This document shows positions 11,996 to 22,569 of a stretch of DNA of 64,000 bases, one piece after another. The notes beneath the pieces were generated by a model, which had not been told where the DNA came from, made no database searches, and saw only the letters and a program-made list of their open reading frames with translations. Position numbers and translations under genes: made by a program. The stretch comes from Scyliorhinus canicula. Lineage: Eukaryota. The DNA is taken from positions 2,717,620 to 2,781,619 of the forward strand of contig NC_052175.1 of the NCBI RefSeq assembly GCF_902713615.1, given 5' to 3'. Positions within the stretch are counted from its first letter, which is position 1; each line of letters begins with the position of its first letter.

Positions 11996-14900
11996 CTACA
12001 CTATGCCCTTATCATCCATATGCTTATCCAATAAATTTTTAAATGCCCTCAATGTTGGCGAGTTCACTACTGTTGCAGGTAGGGCATTCCACGGCCTCAC
12101 CACTCTTTGCGTAAAAAACCCACCTCTGACCTCTGTCCTATATCTATTACCCCTCAATTTAAGGCTATGTCCCCTCGTGCTAGCCACCTCCATCCGCGGG
12201 AGAAGGCTCTCGCTGTCCACCCTATCTAACCCTCTGATCATTTTGTATGCCTCTATTAAGTCACCTCTTAACCTTCTTCTCTCTAACGAAAACAACCTCA
12301 AGTCCATCAGCCTTTCCTCATAAGATTTTCCCTCCATACCAGGCAACATCCTGGTAAATCTCCTCTGCATCCGTTCCAAAGCTTCCACGTCCTTCCTATA
12401 ATGAGGCGACCAGAACTGTACGCAATACTCCAAATGCGGCCGTACCAGAGTTTGGTACAGCTGCATCATGACCTCATGGCTCCGGAACTCAATCCCTCTA
12501 CCAATAAAGGCCAACACACCATAGGCCTTCTTCACAACCCTATCAACCTGGGTGGCAACTTTCAGGGATCTATGTACATGGACACCGAGATCCCTCTGCT
12601 CATCCACACTACCAAGAATTTTACCATTAGCCAAATATTCCGCATTCCTGTTATTCTTTCCAAAGTGAATCACTTCACACTTCTCCACATTAAACTCCAT
12701 TTGCCACCTCTCGGCCCAGCTCTGCAGCTTATCTATGTCCCTCTGTAACCTGCAACATCCTTCCGCACTGTCTACAACTCCACCGACTTTAGTGTCGTCT
12801 GCAAATTTACTCACCCATCCTTCTGCGCCCTCCTCTAGGTCATTTATAAAAATGACAAACAGCAACGGCCCCAGAACAGATCCTTGTGGTACGCCACTCG
12901 TAACTGAACTCCATTCTGAACATTTCCCATCAACTACCACTCTCTGTCTTCTTTCAACTAGCCAATTTCTGATCCACATCTCTAAATCACCCTCAATCCC
13001 CAGCCTCCGTATTTTCTGCAATAGCCGACCGTGGGGAACCTTATCAAACGCTTTACTGAAATCCATATACACCACATCAACTGCTCTACCCTCGTCTACC
13101 TGTTCAGTCACCTTCTCAAAGAACACGATAAGGTTTGTGAGGCATGACCTACCCTTCACAAAACCATGCTGACTATCCCTAATCATATTATTCCTATCTA
13201 GATGATTATAAATCGTATCTTTTATAATCCTCTCCAAGACTTTACCCACCACAGACGTTAGGCTCACCGGCCTATAGTTACCGGGGTTATCTCTACTCCC
13301 CTTCTTGAACAAAGGGACCACATTTGCTATCCTCCAGTCCTCTGGCACTATTCCTGTAGCCAATGATGACCTAAAAATCAAAGCCAAAGGCTCAGCAATC
13401 TCTTCCCTGGCTTCCCAGAGAATCCTAGGATAAATCCCATCCGGCCCCGGGGACTTATCTATTTTCACCTTGTCCAGAATTGCCAACACTTCTTCCCTAC
13501 GCACCTCAATGCCATCTATTCTAATAGCCTGGGTCTCAGCATTCTCCTCCACAATATTATCTTTTTCTTGAGTGAATACTGACAAAAAGTATTCATTTAG
13601 TATCTCGCTTATATCCTCAGCCTCCACACACAACTTCCCACCACTGTCCTTGACTGGCCCTACTCTTACCCTAGTCATTCTTTTATTCCTGACATACCTA
13701 TAGAAAGCTTTTGGGTTTTCCTTGATCCTACCTGCCAAAGACTTCTCATGTCCCCTCCTTGCTCGTCTCAGCTCTCTCTTTAGATCCTTCCTCGCTTCCT
13801 TGTAACTCTCAAGCGCCCCAACTGAAACTTCACTCCTCATCTTCACATAGGCCTCCTTCTTCCTCTTAACAAGAGATTCCACTTCTTTGGTAAACCACGG
13901 TTCCCTCGCTCGACCCCTTCCTCCCTGCCTGACTGGTACGTACTTATCAAGAACATGCAATAGCTGTTCCTTGAACAAGCTCCACATATCCAGTGTGCCC
14001 AACCCTTGCAGCCTACTTCTCCAACCAACACATCCTAAGTCATGTCTAATGGCATCATAATTGCCCTTCCCCCAGCTATAACTCTTGCTCTGCGGGGTAT
14101 ACTTATCCCTTTCCATCACTAACGTAAAGGTCACCGAATTGTGGTCACTGTCTCCAAAGTGTTCAACTACCTCCAGATCTAACACCTGGCCTGGTTCATT
14201 ACCCAAAACCAAATCCAAAGTGGCCTCACCTCTTGTTGGTCTGTCAACATATTGTGTCAGAAAACCCTCCTGCACACATTGTACAAAGAACGACCCATCC
14301 AATGTACTCGAACTATATCTTTTCCAGTCAATATTAGGAAAGTTAAAGTCTCCCATAACAACTACCCTGTTACTTTCGCTCTTTTCCAGAATCATCTTCG
14401 CCATCCTTTCCTCTACATCTCTAGAACTATTAGGTGGCCTATAGAAAACTCCCAACAGGGTGACCTCTCCTTTCCTGTTTCTAACCTCAGCCCATACTAC
14501 CTCGGAAGAAGAGTCCCCATCTTGCATCCTTTCTACCACCGTAATACTGTCCTTGACTAGCAGCGCCACACCTCCCCCTCTTTTGCCCCCTTCTCTGACC
14601 TTACTAAAGCACCTAAACCCCGGAACCTGCAACAACCATTCCTGTCCCTTCTCTATCCATGTCTCTGAAATGGCCACAACATCGAAGTCCCAGGTACCAA
14701 CCCATGCTGCCAGTTCCCCTACCTTATTTCGTATACTCCTGGCATTGAAATAGACACACTTCAAACCACAGACCTGAACACTGCCGCCCTCCTGCGAAGT
14801 CAAAACTGTGCTCCTGACCCCTCTACTCTCAATCTCTCGCACCCCAAAACTACAATCCAGGTTCCCATGCCCCTGCTGAATTAGTTTAAACCCCCCCCAA

Positions 14901-15808
14901 AGAGTACTAACAAATCTCCCCCCCAGGATATTGGTGCCCCTCAGGTTCAGATGTAGACCATCCTGTCTATAGAGGTCCCACCTTCCCCAGAAAGAGCCCC
15001 AGTTATCCAGAAATCTGAATCCCTCCCGCCTGCACCATCCCTGTAGCCACGTGTTTAATTGCTCTCTCTCCCTATTCCTGATCTCACTATCACGTGGCAC
15101 GGGCAACAACCCAGAGATAACAACTCTGTTTGTTCTCGCTCTGAGCTTCCATCCTAGCTCCCTAAAGACCTGCCTGACATCCTTGTCCCCTTTCCTACCT
15201 ATGTCGTTAGTGCCAATGTGGACTACGACTTGGGGCTGCTCCCCCTCCCCCTTAAGGACCTGGAAAACACGATCCGAGACATCACGTACCCTTGCACCTG
15301 GGAGGCAACATACCAAACGTGAGTCTCTCTCGCTCCCACAAAATCTCCTATCTGTGCCCCTGACTATTGAGTCCCCAATTACTAATGTTCTACTCCTTTC
15401 CCCCCTTCCCTTCTGAGCAACAGGGACAGACTCCGTGCCAGAGGCCCGTACCCCATGGCTTACCCCTGGTAAGTCGTCCCCCCCACAAGTATCCAAAACG
15501 GTATACTTGTTACTCAGGGGAACGACCGCAGGGGGTCCCTGCACTGATTGCTTCTTCCCAGTCCCTCTTACAGTTACCCATCTATCTCCAGTCTTTGGTG
15601 TAACTACTTCCCTGAAGCTCCTATCTATGACCCCCTCTGCCTCCCGAATGATCCGAAGTTCATCCAGCTCAAGCTCCAGGTCCCTAACACGGTTTTTGAG
15701 GAGCTGGAGTTGGGTGCACTTCCCACAGATGAAATCAGCAGGGACACTGACGGCGTCCCTCACCTCAAACATTCTGCAGGAGGAGCATTGTACTGCCTTC
15801 CCTGACAT
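11996..15808 (-). CDS. CR1 polyprotein, ORF1 (Zn finger, coiled coil, SGNH esterase) fused in frame to ORF2 (APE endonuclease, RT); 1270 aa from ATG 15808
   Basis: CSSC..CGKC; GDSIVR, GTNDIG and DGLHL (SGNH blocks); FNARS, ISETW, GDFN and SDH (APE); PQGSVLGP and FADD (RT). The track ORF starts at an upstream non-ATG codon (15919). Confidence 0.9.
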   Translation of the reverse strand: MSGKAVQCSSCRMFEVRDAVSVPADFICGKCTQLQLLKNRVRDLELELDELRIIREAEGVIDRSFREVVTPKTGDRWVTVRGTGKKQSVQGPPAVVPLSNKYTVLDTCGGDDLPGVSHGVRASGTESVPVAQKGRGERSRTLVIGDSIVRGTDRRFCGSERDSRLVCCLPGARVRDVSDRVFQVLKGEGEQPQVVVHIGTNDIGRKGDKDVRQVFRELGWKLRARTNRVVISGLLPVPRDSEIRNREREQLNTWLQGWCRREGFRFLDNWGSFWGRWDLYRQDGLHLNLRGTNILGGRFVSTLWGGFKLIQQGHGNLDCSFGVREIESRGVRSTVLTSQEGGSVQVCGLKCVYFNARSIRNKVGELAAWVGTWDFDVVAISETWIEKGQEWLLQVPGFRCFSKVREGGKRGGGVALLVKDSITVVERMQDGDSSSEVVWAEVRNRKGEVTLLGVFYRPPNSSRDVEERMAKMILEKSESNRVVVMGDFNFPNIDWKRYSSSTLDGSFFVQCVQEGFLTQYVDRPTRGEATLDLVLGNEPGQVLDLEVVEHFGDSDHNSVTFTLVMERDKYTPQSKSYSWGKGNYDAIRHDLGCVGWRSRLQGLGTLDMWSLFKEQLLHVLDKYVPVRQGGRGRAREPWFTKEVESLVKRKKEAYVKMRSEVSVGALESYKEARKDLKRELRRARRGHEKSLAGRIKENPKAFYRYVRNKRMTRVRVGPVKDSGGKLCVEAEDISEILNEYFLSVFTQEKDNIVEENAETQAIRIDGIEVRREEVLAILDKVKIDKSPGPDGIYPRILWEAREEIAEPLALIFRSSLATGIVPEDWRIANVVPLFKKGSRDNPGNYRPVSLTSVVGKVLERIIKDTIYNHLDRNNMIRDSQHGFVKGRSCLTNLIVFFEKVTEQVDEGRAVDVVYMDFSKAFDKVPHGRLLQKIRRLGIEGDLEMWIRNWLVERRQRVVVDGKCSEWSSVTSGVPQGSVLGPLLFVIFINDLEEGAEGWVSKFADDTKVGGVVDSAEGCCRLQRDIDKLQSWAERWQMEFNVEKCEVIHFGKNNRNAEYLANGKILGSVDEQRDLGVHVHRSLKVATQVDRVVKKAYGVLAFIGRGIEFRSHEVMMQLYQTLVRPHLEYCVQFWSPHYRKDVEALERMQRRFTRMLPGMEGKSYEERLMDLRLFSLERRRLRGDLIEAYKMIRGLDRVDSESLLPRMEVASTRGHSLKLRGNRYRTEVRGGFFTQRVVRPWNALPATVVNSPTLRAFKNLLDKHMDDKGIV

Positions 15809-16058
15809 CCCCTCTAGATTAAAAAAAAAACAAGAAAAAGAAAAAGAAAGGAAGAGCTTACCTGATATTACCTCAAACCCTGATCCCGCTGAAAGGTAAA
15901 CAAATTTAAAGGCACTCACTCACCTTCACGACAGGCCCCTGCTCCCGCTTCCCAACCACCGTGAGGTGGGGGGGTTGGTTAGAGGAGGAGGTAGGGTGGG
16001 AAACACTCACAAAGTGTTTCGGGTTTAACTGTCACTTGCCAACAGCCCCTCCACAAAC

Positions 16059-17589
16059 CACCTTCAACTTAGGCTGACCGCACTGCACGTATGCAAATTT
16101 CCCCAGAACAGCTGATCAGTAGCTCTGCTCTGCTGCCCTCTGCTGGTTGCTTGCCTTTACTCAAACTCCTTGGGTCTTCTTCGCAGGTTCACCTTCAACT
16201 TAGGCTGACCGCACTGCACGTATGCAAATTTCCCCAGAACAGCTGATCAGTAGCTCTGCTCTGCTGCCCTCTGCTGGTTGCTTGCCTTTACTCAAACTCC
16301 TTGGGTCTTCTTCGCAGGTTCACCTTCAACTTAGGCTGACCGCACTGCACGTATGCAAATTTCCCCAGAACAGCTGATCAGTAGCTCTGCTCTGCTGCCC
16401 TCTGCTGGTTGCTTGCCTTTACTCAAACTCCTTGGGTCCTCTTCGCAGGTTCACCTTCAACTTAGGCTGACCGCACTGCACGTATGCAAATTTCCCCAGA
16501 ACAGCTGATCAGTAGCTCTGCTCTGCTGCCCTCTGTTGGTTGCTTGCCTTTACTCAAACTCCTTGGGTCTTCTTCGCAGGTTCACCTTCAACTTAGGCTG
16601 ACCGCACTGCACGTATGCAAATTTCCCCAGAACAGCTGATCAGTAGCTCTGCTCTGCTGCCCTCTGCTGGTTGCTTGCCTTTACTCAAACTCCTTGGGTC
16701 TTCTTCGCAGGTTCACCTTCAACTTAGGCTGACCGCACTGCACGTATGCAAATTTCCCCAGAACAGCTGATCAGTAGCTCTGCTCTGCTGCCCTCTGCTG
16801 GTTGCTTGCCTTTACTCAAACTCCTTGGGTCTTCTTCGCAGGTTCACCTTCAACTTAGGCTGACCGCACTGCACGTATGCAAATTTCCCCAGAACAGCTG
16901 ATCAGTAGCTCTGCTCTGCTGCCCTCTGCTGGTTGCTTGCCTTTACTCAAACTCCTTGGGTCTTCTTCGCAGGTTCACCTTCAACTTAGGCTGACCGCAC
17001 TGCACGTATGCAAATTTCCCCAGAACAGCTGATCAGTAGCTCTGCTCTGCTGCCCTCTGCTGGTTGCTTGCCTTTACTCAAACTCCTTGGGTCTTCTTCG
17101 CAGGTTCACCTTCAACTTAGGCTGACCGCACTGCACGTATGCAAATTTCCCCAGAACAGCTGATCAGTAGCTCTGCTCTGCTGCCCTCTGCTGGTTGCTT
17201 GCCTTTACTCAAACTCCTTGGGTCTTCTTCGCAGGTTCACCTTCAACTTAGGCTGACCGCACTGCACGTATGCAAATTTCCCCAGAACAGCTGATCAGTA
17301 GCTCTGCTCTGCTGCCCTCTGCTGGTTGCTTGCCTTTACTCAAACTCCTTGGGTCTTCTTCGCAGGTTCACCTTCAACTTAGGCTGACCGCACTGCACGT
17401 ATGCAAATTTCCCCAGAACAGCTGATCAGTAGCTCTGCTCTGCTGCCCTCTGCTGGTTGCTTGCCTTTACTCAAACTCCTTGGGTCTTCTTCGCAGGTTC
17501 ACCTTCAACTTAGGCTGACCGCACTGCACGTATGCAAATTTCCCCAGAACAGCTGATCAGTAGCTCTGCTCTGCTGCCCTCTGCTGGTT
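16059..17589 (-). repeat. Tandem array of 131-bp monomers (11 full plus one 90-bp partial) at the CR1 5' end
   Basis: CACCTTCAAC recurs at 16059, 16190, 16321 ... 17500; copies are nearly identical (single variants seen near 16439 and 16535). Confidence 0.95.
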
Positions 17590-19454
17590 CTAAAGCATCA
17601 GCTCAAAGAGTGACTACCGGTGATGGTCTGAACTTTCCTCTGAGCTCTATTGGGAAACAAATTATTGAGCTGTGTCTGCTGTCTACCAACGGGTTTACCT
17701 GAAGTGTTGACAATTCTGGTGAGATTACCTTGGTTGTTCGCACTGAGGTAACCACGAGCAGAATGCCATGTTGACCGTTAAAACACTGTCTTCCAGACCT
17801 TTGTATACCTTATCTGAAGCATTATGTTTCATTTCAAACGCTTTTAGTTTCTAATTAAAAACAAACACTGACTAACCCTTTTAAAATATTCTGCCGGTGT
17901 TCTCTCTGTGAAGCTCAGCTTCTGGTATATATATGTTCCCAGACACTTGAAACACACTTCAAACTTTGCCGATTGATCATTAACATACACAGCGTCACAC
18001 GTAAGTAGGCCATTGATATACAAAAGTAGTGCTTACAAATCTGAAGATAATTCAATTGGCGCGGTTACTGAAGAGTGGCCATACGATCAAAGTAGAATCC
18101 AGGGAGAAAGTGGTAAATGGAAATTAGTGTTCAATCTCACCATTGGAAAGTCAAAGTAACTTCTTGAACATGTAGAAAAGTCACGTTACAGAAGGAGGCC
18201 ATTTGACCACCTTGTCCATGCCGGCGCCAGGACACTCAGATTCCATTCCTCATCCCACTATCTCCCGCCAGTCTCGTGTATTCTAAATAGAGATAGAGTT
18301 GACAATTCATAAACATAAAGATGGAAAGAGCAAGATGTTGGAGATATCTTGGTCAGATAATGATACGTGGACACAGGGACTCGTAATTATAAAGAGATGG
18401 CACACAAATAATTCAATAAACGAGTGGCTTGACCCTCCCAATCGCGCCCTGTAAACATTCCAGTGGATAGTAATGGAATTGGATTCCAAACTCCTCACCA
18501 AACACAGGAACAATCCAGGCAATTTCAGCCTTTGGTGTAATAATGAGGGAATTGATTGGACAGCTTCTTGGGATGGGCAGTTTCAGTTCGAACACAATTG
18601 TACCTAGACTCCTGATTATTTAAGAAGGAATCGCAAGTTTTCGCCGTGCAGACCAAATTGGACCCATTTCCACCTACCAAGGGAATCCCTCAGAGTTCCT
18701 TCTTTTCACAAATAAATGACAGAATCAATGTCCTGGACACCCACATTAATCAGAGAGCAGAGAGTCGATGTGTCCATACCAAGCCGTGTATTTTGTCATT
18801 GGATGATTCTCGGTGCTACCGTTCATTCAAGCAGATCGGACACGCTAACAAACAAGCCTGGTGACTGCGCATATTTTAGGTTGTTCAAAGTCAGAGAGTC
18901 TGAATTGGCGGAGTCTGGGACATATCTACCTGAAACACAATAACTGTGAGAGGCAAAATCATTCAGCAGTTTTTCTGTTGTAGCAGGGAAAGAGACAATA
19001 TTCCCAATGAAGAACGGTGTGCAAGAGTAAACAATAAAATAACCCATTCTCTCATTAATGAATCCAGTTTGAATGAAATGCCGAGGGCAACAATTGAATC
19101 AATACCAGGACAAAGAGGGCAAGTGACACTCGTCAGGACTAATGCCAGTACAGTGGATGTTGCAATGTGCGGAAAGCTACAACGAAGTTTCGGCAGAGTG
19201 AGAGCTTAAAATCAACTGCATGTCAATGGCCAAGGTCATGCTTCTTTTATTTGTCTGTGTTCAGGGCCAATCATTTATCTTGGTACACGGGAGCGAACGC
19301 CTTCTTCCCCCACGCTCACACCAATGTCAGACACACACATACACACAGACAGACACACACCGCTCTTTCGCTCACAGAAAACATGTTTTTCTGAAAAGCC
19401 CAGAAGGGCAGGCAAGGCTTTTCGATTTAATATCTCATGCCAATATTATGGAAT

Positions 19455-21900
19455 AATGGTCAGGGAGTGATTTCCCACACGGGGGACGATATCAATTGCC
19501 CATCCCCTGCAATTGGACAGTTCTGAATGAGGAATAAAGAGGTCTGATTCGGGAATGAGCTGCTGCAGCGCACTGTGTATTTACTGCCTGCATTGGACCT
19601 GACAAAATACAGTACCTCACATTTGTCCGGATTAAACTCCATCTACAATCTCTCCGCCTAAGCCTACAAACGACCCAAATCCTGCTGTATCCTCTGACAG
19701 TCCTCATCGCTATCCGCAATTCCACCAACCTTTGTGTCGCCTGCAAACTTACTGATCAGACCAGTTACATTTTCCTGCAAATCATTCTATATATTACGAA
19801 AAGCAAAGGTCCCAGCACTGATCCCTATGGAACACCACTAACCACAGCGCTCCAATCAGAAAAGCACCCTTCCATTGCTACTGTCTGCCTTCTATGACCG
19901 ATCCAGTTCTGTATCCATCTTGCCAGCTCACCCCTGATCTCGTTTGACCTCACCTTTTGTACCAGTCTGCCACGAGGGACCTTGTCAACGGCCTTACTGA
20001 AGTACATATAGACAACATCCACTGCCCGACCTGCATCAATCATCTTTGTGACTATCTCGAAAAACTCCATCAAGTTAGTGAGACAAGACCTTCCCTTCAC
20101 AAAACCGTGCTGCATCTTGCTAATACGTCCATTTGCTTCCAAATGGAGTAGATTATGTCGAAAAATTCTCTCCAGGAGCTTCCCGACCACTGGCGTAGAG
20201 CTCACAGGGCTCTATTTCCCTGGATTATCGTCGCTTCCCTTCTTTAAAAAAGGAACAACATTGGCTATTCTCCATTGCTCCAGGACATCACCTGAATACA
20301 GTGAGAATCCAAAGATTTCTGTCAAGGCCACAGCAATTTCCTCGCTTGCCTCCTTCAGTATTTTGGAATTGATCTCATCAGACCCTGGGGACGTATAACA
20401 AAGAACAATAGAGAACAAAGAAAAGTACAGCACAGGAATATGCCTTTCGGCCCCCCAAGCCTGTGCCTAAAATGCTGCCTGTCGATACTAAAATATTCTG
20501 TACTTCTGGGGTCCGGATCCATCTATTACCATCCTATTGATGTTTTTGTCAAGATTTCTCTCAAAGGTCACTATCGTCCCTGCTTCCACCACCTCCTCCG
20601 GCAGCGAATTCCAGGCACCCACAACCCTCTGTGTAAAAGCTTGCCACGTACATCTCCTCTAAACCTTGCACCTCGCACATTAAACCTATGCCCCCTAGTA
20701 ATTGACCCCTATACCCTAGGTATAATCCTGTGACTAGCCACCCTGTTTATGCCCCTCATAATTTTTCGAACTCTATCAGGTCGCCCCACAACCTCCGTCC
20801 TTCCAGTGAGAACAAACCGAGTTTATTGAAACTCTCCTCATAGCTAATGTCCTCCATACCAGGCAACGTCCTGGTAAATCTCTTCTGCAGCCTCGCTAAA
20901 GCCTCCACATCCTTCTGCGAGTGTGGCGACCAGAATTGTAAACTATACTCCAAGTGTGGCCTAACTCAGGTTCTATACAGCTGCAATATGACATGACCAA
21001 TTTTTACAATAAATGGCCCGGCTAATGATGGCAAGCATGCCGTATGCCTTCTTGACTATCTTCTCCACCTGTGTTGCCCCTTTCAGTGACCTGTGGACCT
21101 GTACACCTAGATCGCTCTGACTGTCAAGAATCTTGATGGTTCTACCATTCACTGCATATTTCCTACCTGCATTAGTACTTCCAAAATACATTACCTCACA
21201 TTTTCTGGATTAAACTCCATCTGCCATCTCTTCGCCCAAGTCGCCAAACGATCTAACTCCTGCTGTACTCTCTTACTGTCCTCATCGCTCTCCGCAATTC
21301 CACCAACCTTTGTGTCGTCTGCAAACTTACGAATCAGACCAGTTACATTTTCCTCCAAATCATTTATATATACTTCGAACAGCAAAGGTCACAACACTGC
21401 TCCCTGTGGAACAGCATTGGTCACAGACCTCCAATTAGAAAAACACCTTTCCATTCCTACTCTTGCCTTCTATGACCTAGCCAGTTCTGTATCCACCTTG
21501 CCAGCTCACACCTGATCCAGTGTGACTTCATCTTTTATGCCAGTTTGACGTGAGGTATCTTCTCAAAGGCCTTACTGAAGTCCATATAGATAACATCCAC
21601 TGCCCTACCTGCATCAATCAACTTTGTGACCTGCTCGAAAAACTCTATCAAGATAGTGAGACACGACCTCTCCTTCACAAAACCGAGCTGCATCTAGCTA
21701 ATACGTCGGTTTGCTTACAAATAGGAGTAGATCCTGTCCCTAAGCTTTGTCTTCAATAATTTCCCTACCACTGACGTAAGGCTCACCGGTCTGTAGTTCA
21801 CTGGATTATCCTTGCTATCCTTCTGAAACAAAGCAAAAACATTGGCTATTCTCCAGTCTTCCGGGACATCACGTGAAGACAGAGGCTCGAAAGATTTCTA
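19455..21900 (-). mobile_element. Nested degenerate CR1 RT and 3' fragments (at least two copies)
   Basis: QHGFVKGRSCL, FADDTK and EYSLQFWSPH motifs; a tail near 20400-20435; many stops and frameshifts. Confidence 0.8.
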
Positions 21901-22310
21901 TCACATTACAACTTAATCAATTGTGGTCACTGTTCCCGAAATGTTCCCCGACTGAAATTCTACCACCTGGCCGGGCACATTCTCCTATACCAGGTCCAGT
22001 ATAGCCCCTTCCCCAGTTGAATATCTACATCTTGTTTGAAGAAGCTCTCCAGGATGCTCCTTACAAACTCTGCCCCATCCAAGCTCCTTACAAACTCTGC
22101 CCCATCCAAGCCCCCAGCACTAAGTGATTCCCAGTCAGTATTGGGAAGTGAAAGTCTCCCATCACAACAACCCTGTTGCCTTTACTCCTTTCCAAAATCT
22201 GTCTACCTAACTGCTCCTCTATCTCACGCTGGCTGCTGGGTGGCCTGTAGTAAGCCCCCAACATTGTGACTGCACCCTGCATATTCCTGATCTCTACCCA
22301 TGTTTGCTCT
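21900..22310 (-). mobile_element. CR1 endonuclease fragment, inverted relative to the neighbouring copy
   Basis: LGAYYRPPSS...VVVMGDF in ORF 22088-22282. Confidence 0.75.
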
Positions 22311-22569
22311 GAGTGCTGAAGTTGGGTGCATTTGAGTGCATTTGTGAGAATTTGGTCACTGAGGGATAATCAGGGTTATTTTTTTTTATCTAAATCTAGT
22401 ATTTCTTTTATTTAGTTAATTAATGTAAAAATTGCTCTTTGGTTTAGAAAAAGGTAAATTTTCAATCAGCTTTAAACAAAGGTTGTACATGTCGGTACTT
22501 GTAGCTGGAGCTTGTTAATTAGTTAATTTGATTAGGCCAGCTTTCATAGTCTAGATTCTCAGTATAAAG

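Larger units (their letters stand above)
11891..17589 (-). mobile_element. Full-length, apparently young CR1-clade (HER1-like) LINE
   Basis: (GTTCTAT)n tail at 11891-11920, one uninterrupted ORF, and a 5' tandem monomer array; no target-site duplication visible. Confidence 0.95.

Noticed and set aside
12401-15899. Plus-strand ORFs (up to 154 aa) opposite the intact CR1
   Set aside because: Antisense shadows of the coding frame with no independent motifs
16059-17589. Regular repeat array as a possible CRISPR
   Set aside because: The 131-bp units are contiguous and identical with no unique spacers; the context is eukaryotic with no cas genes
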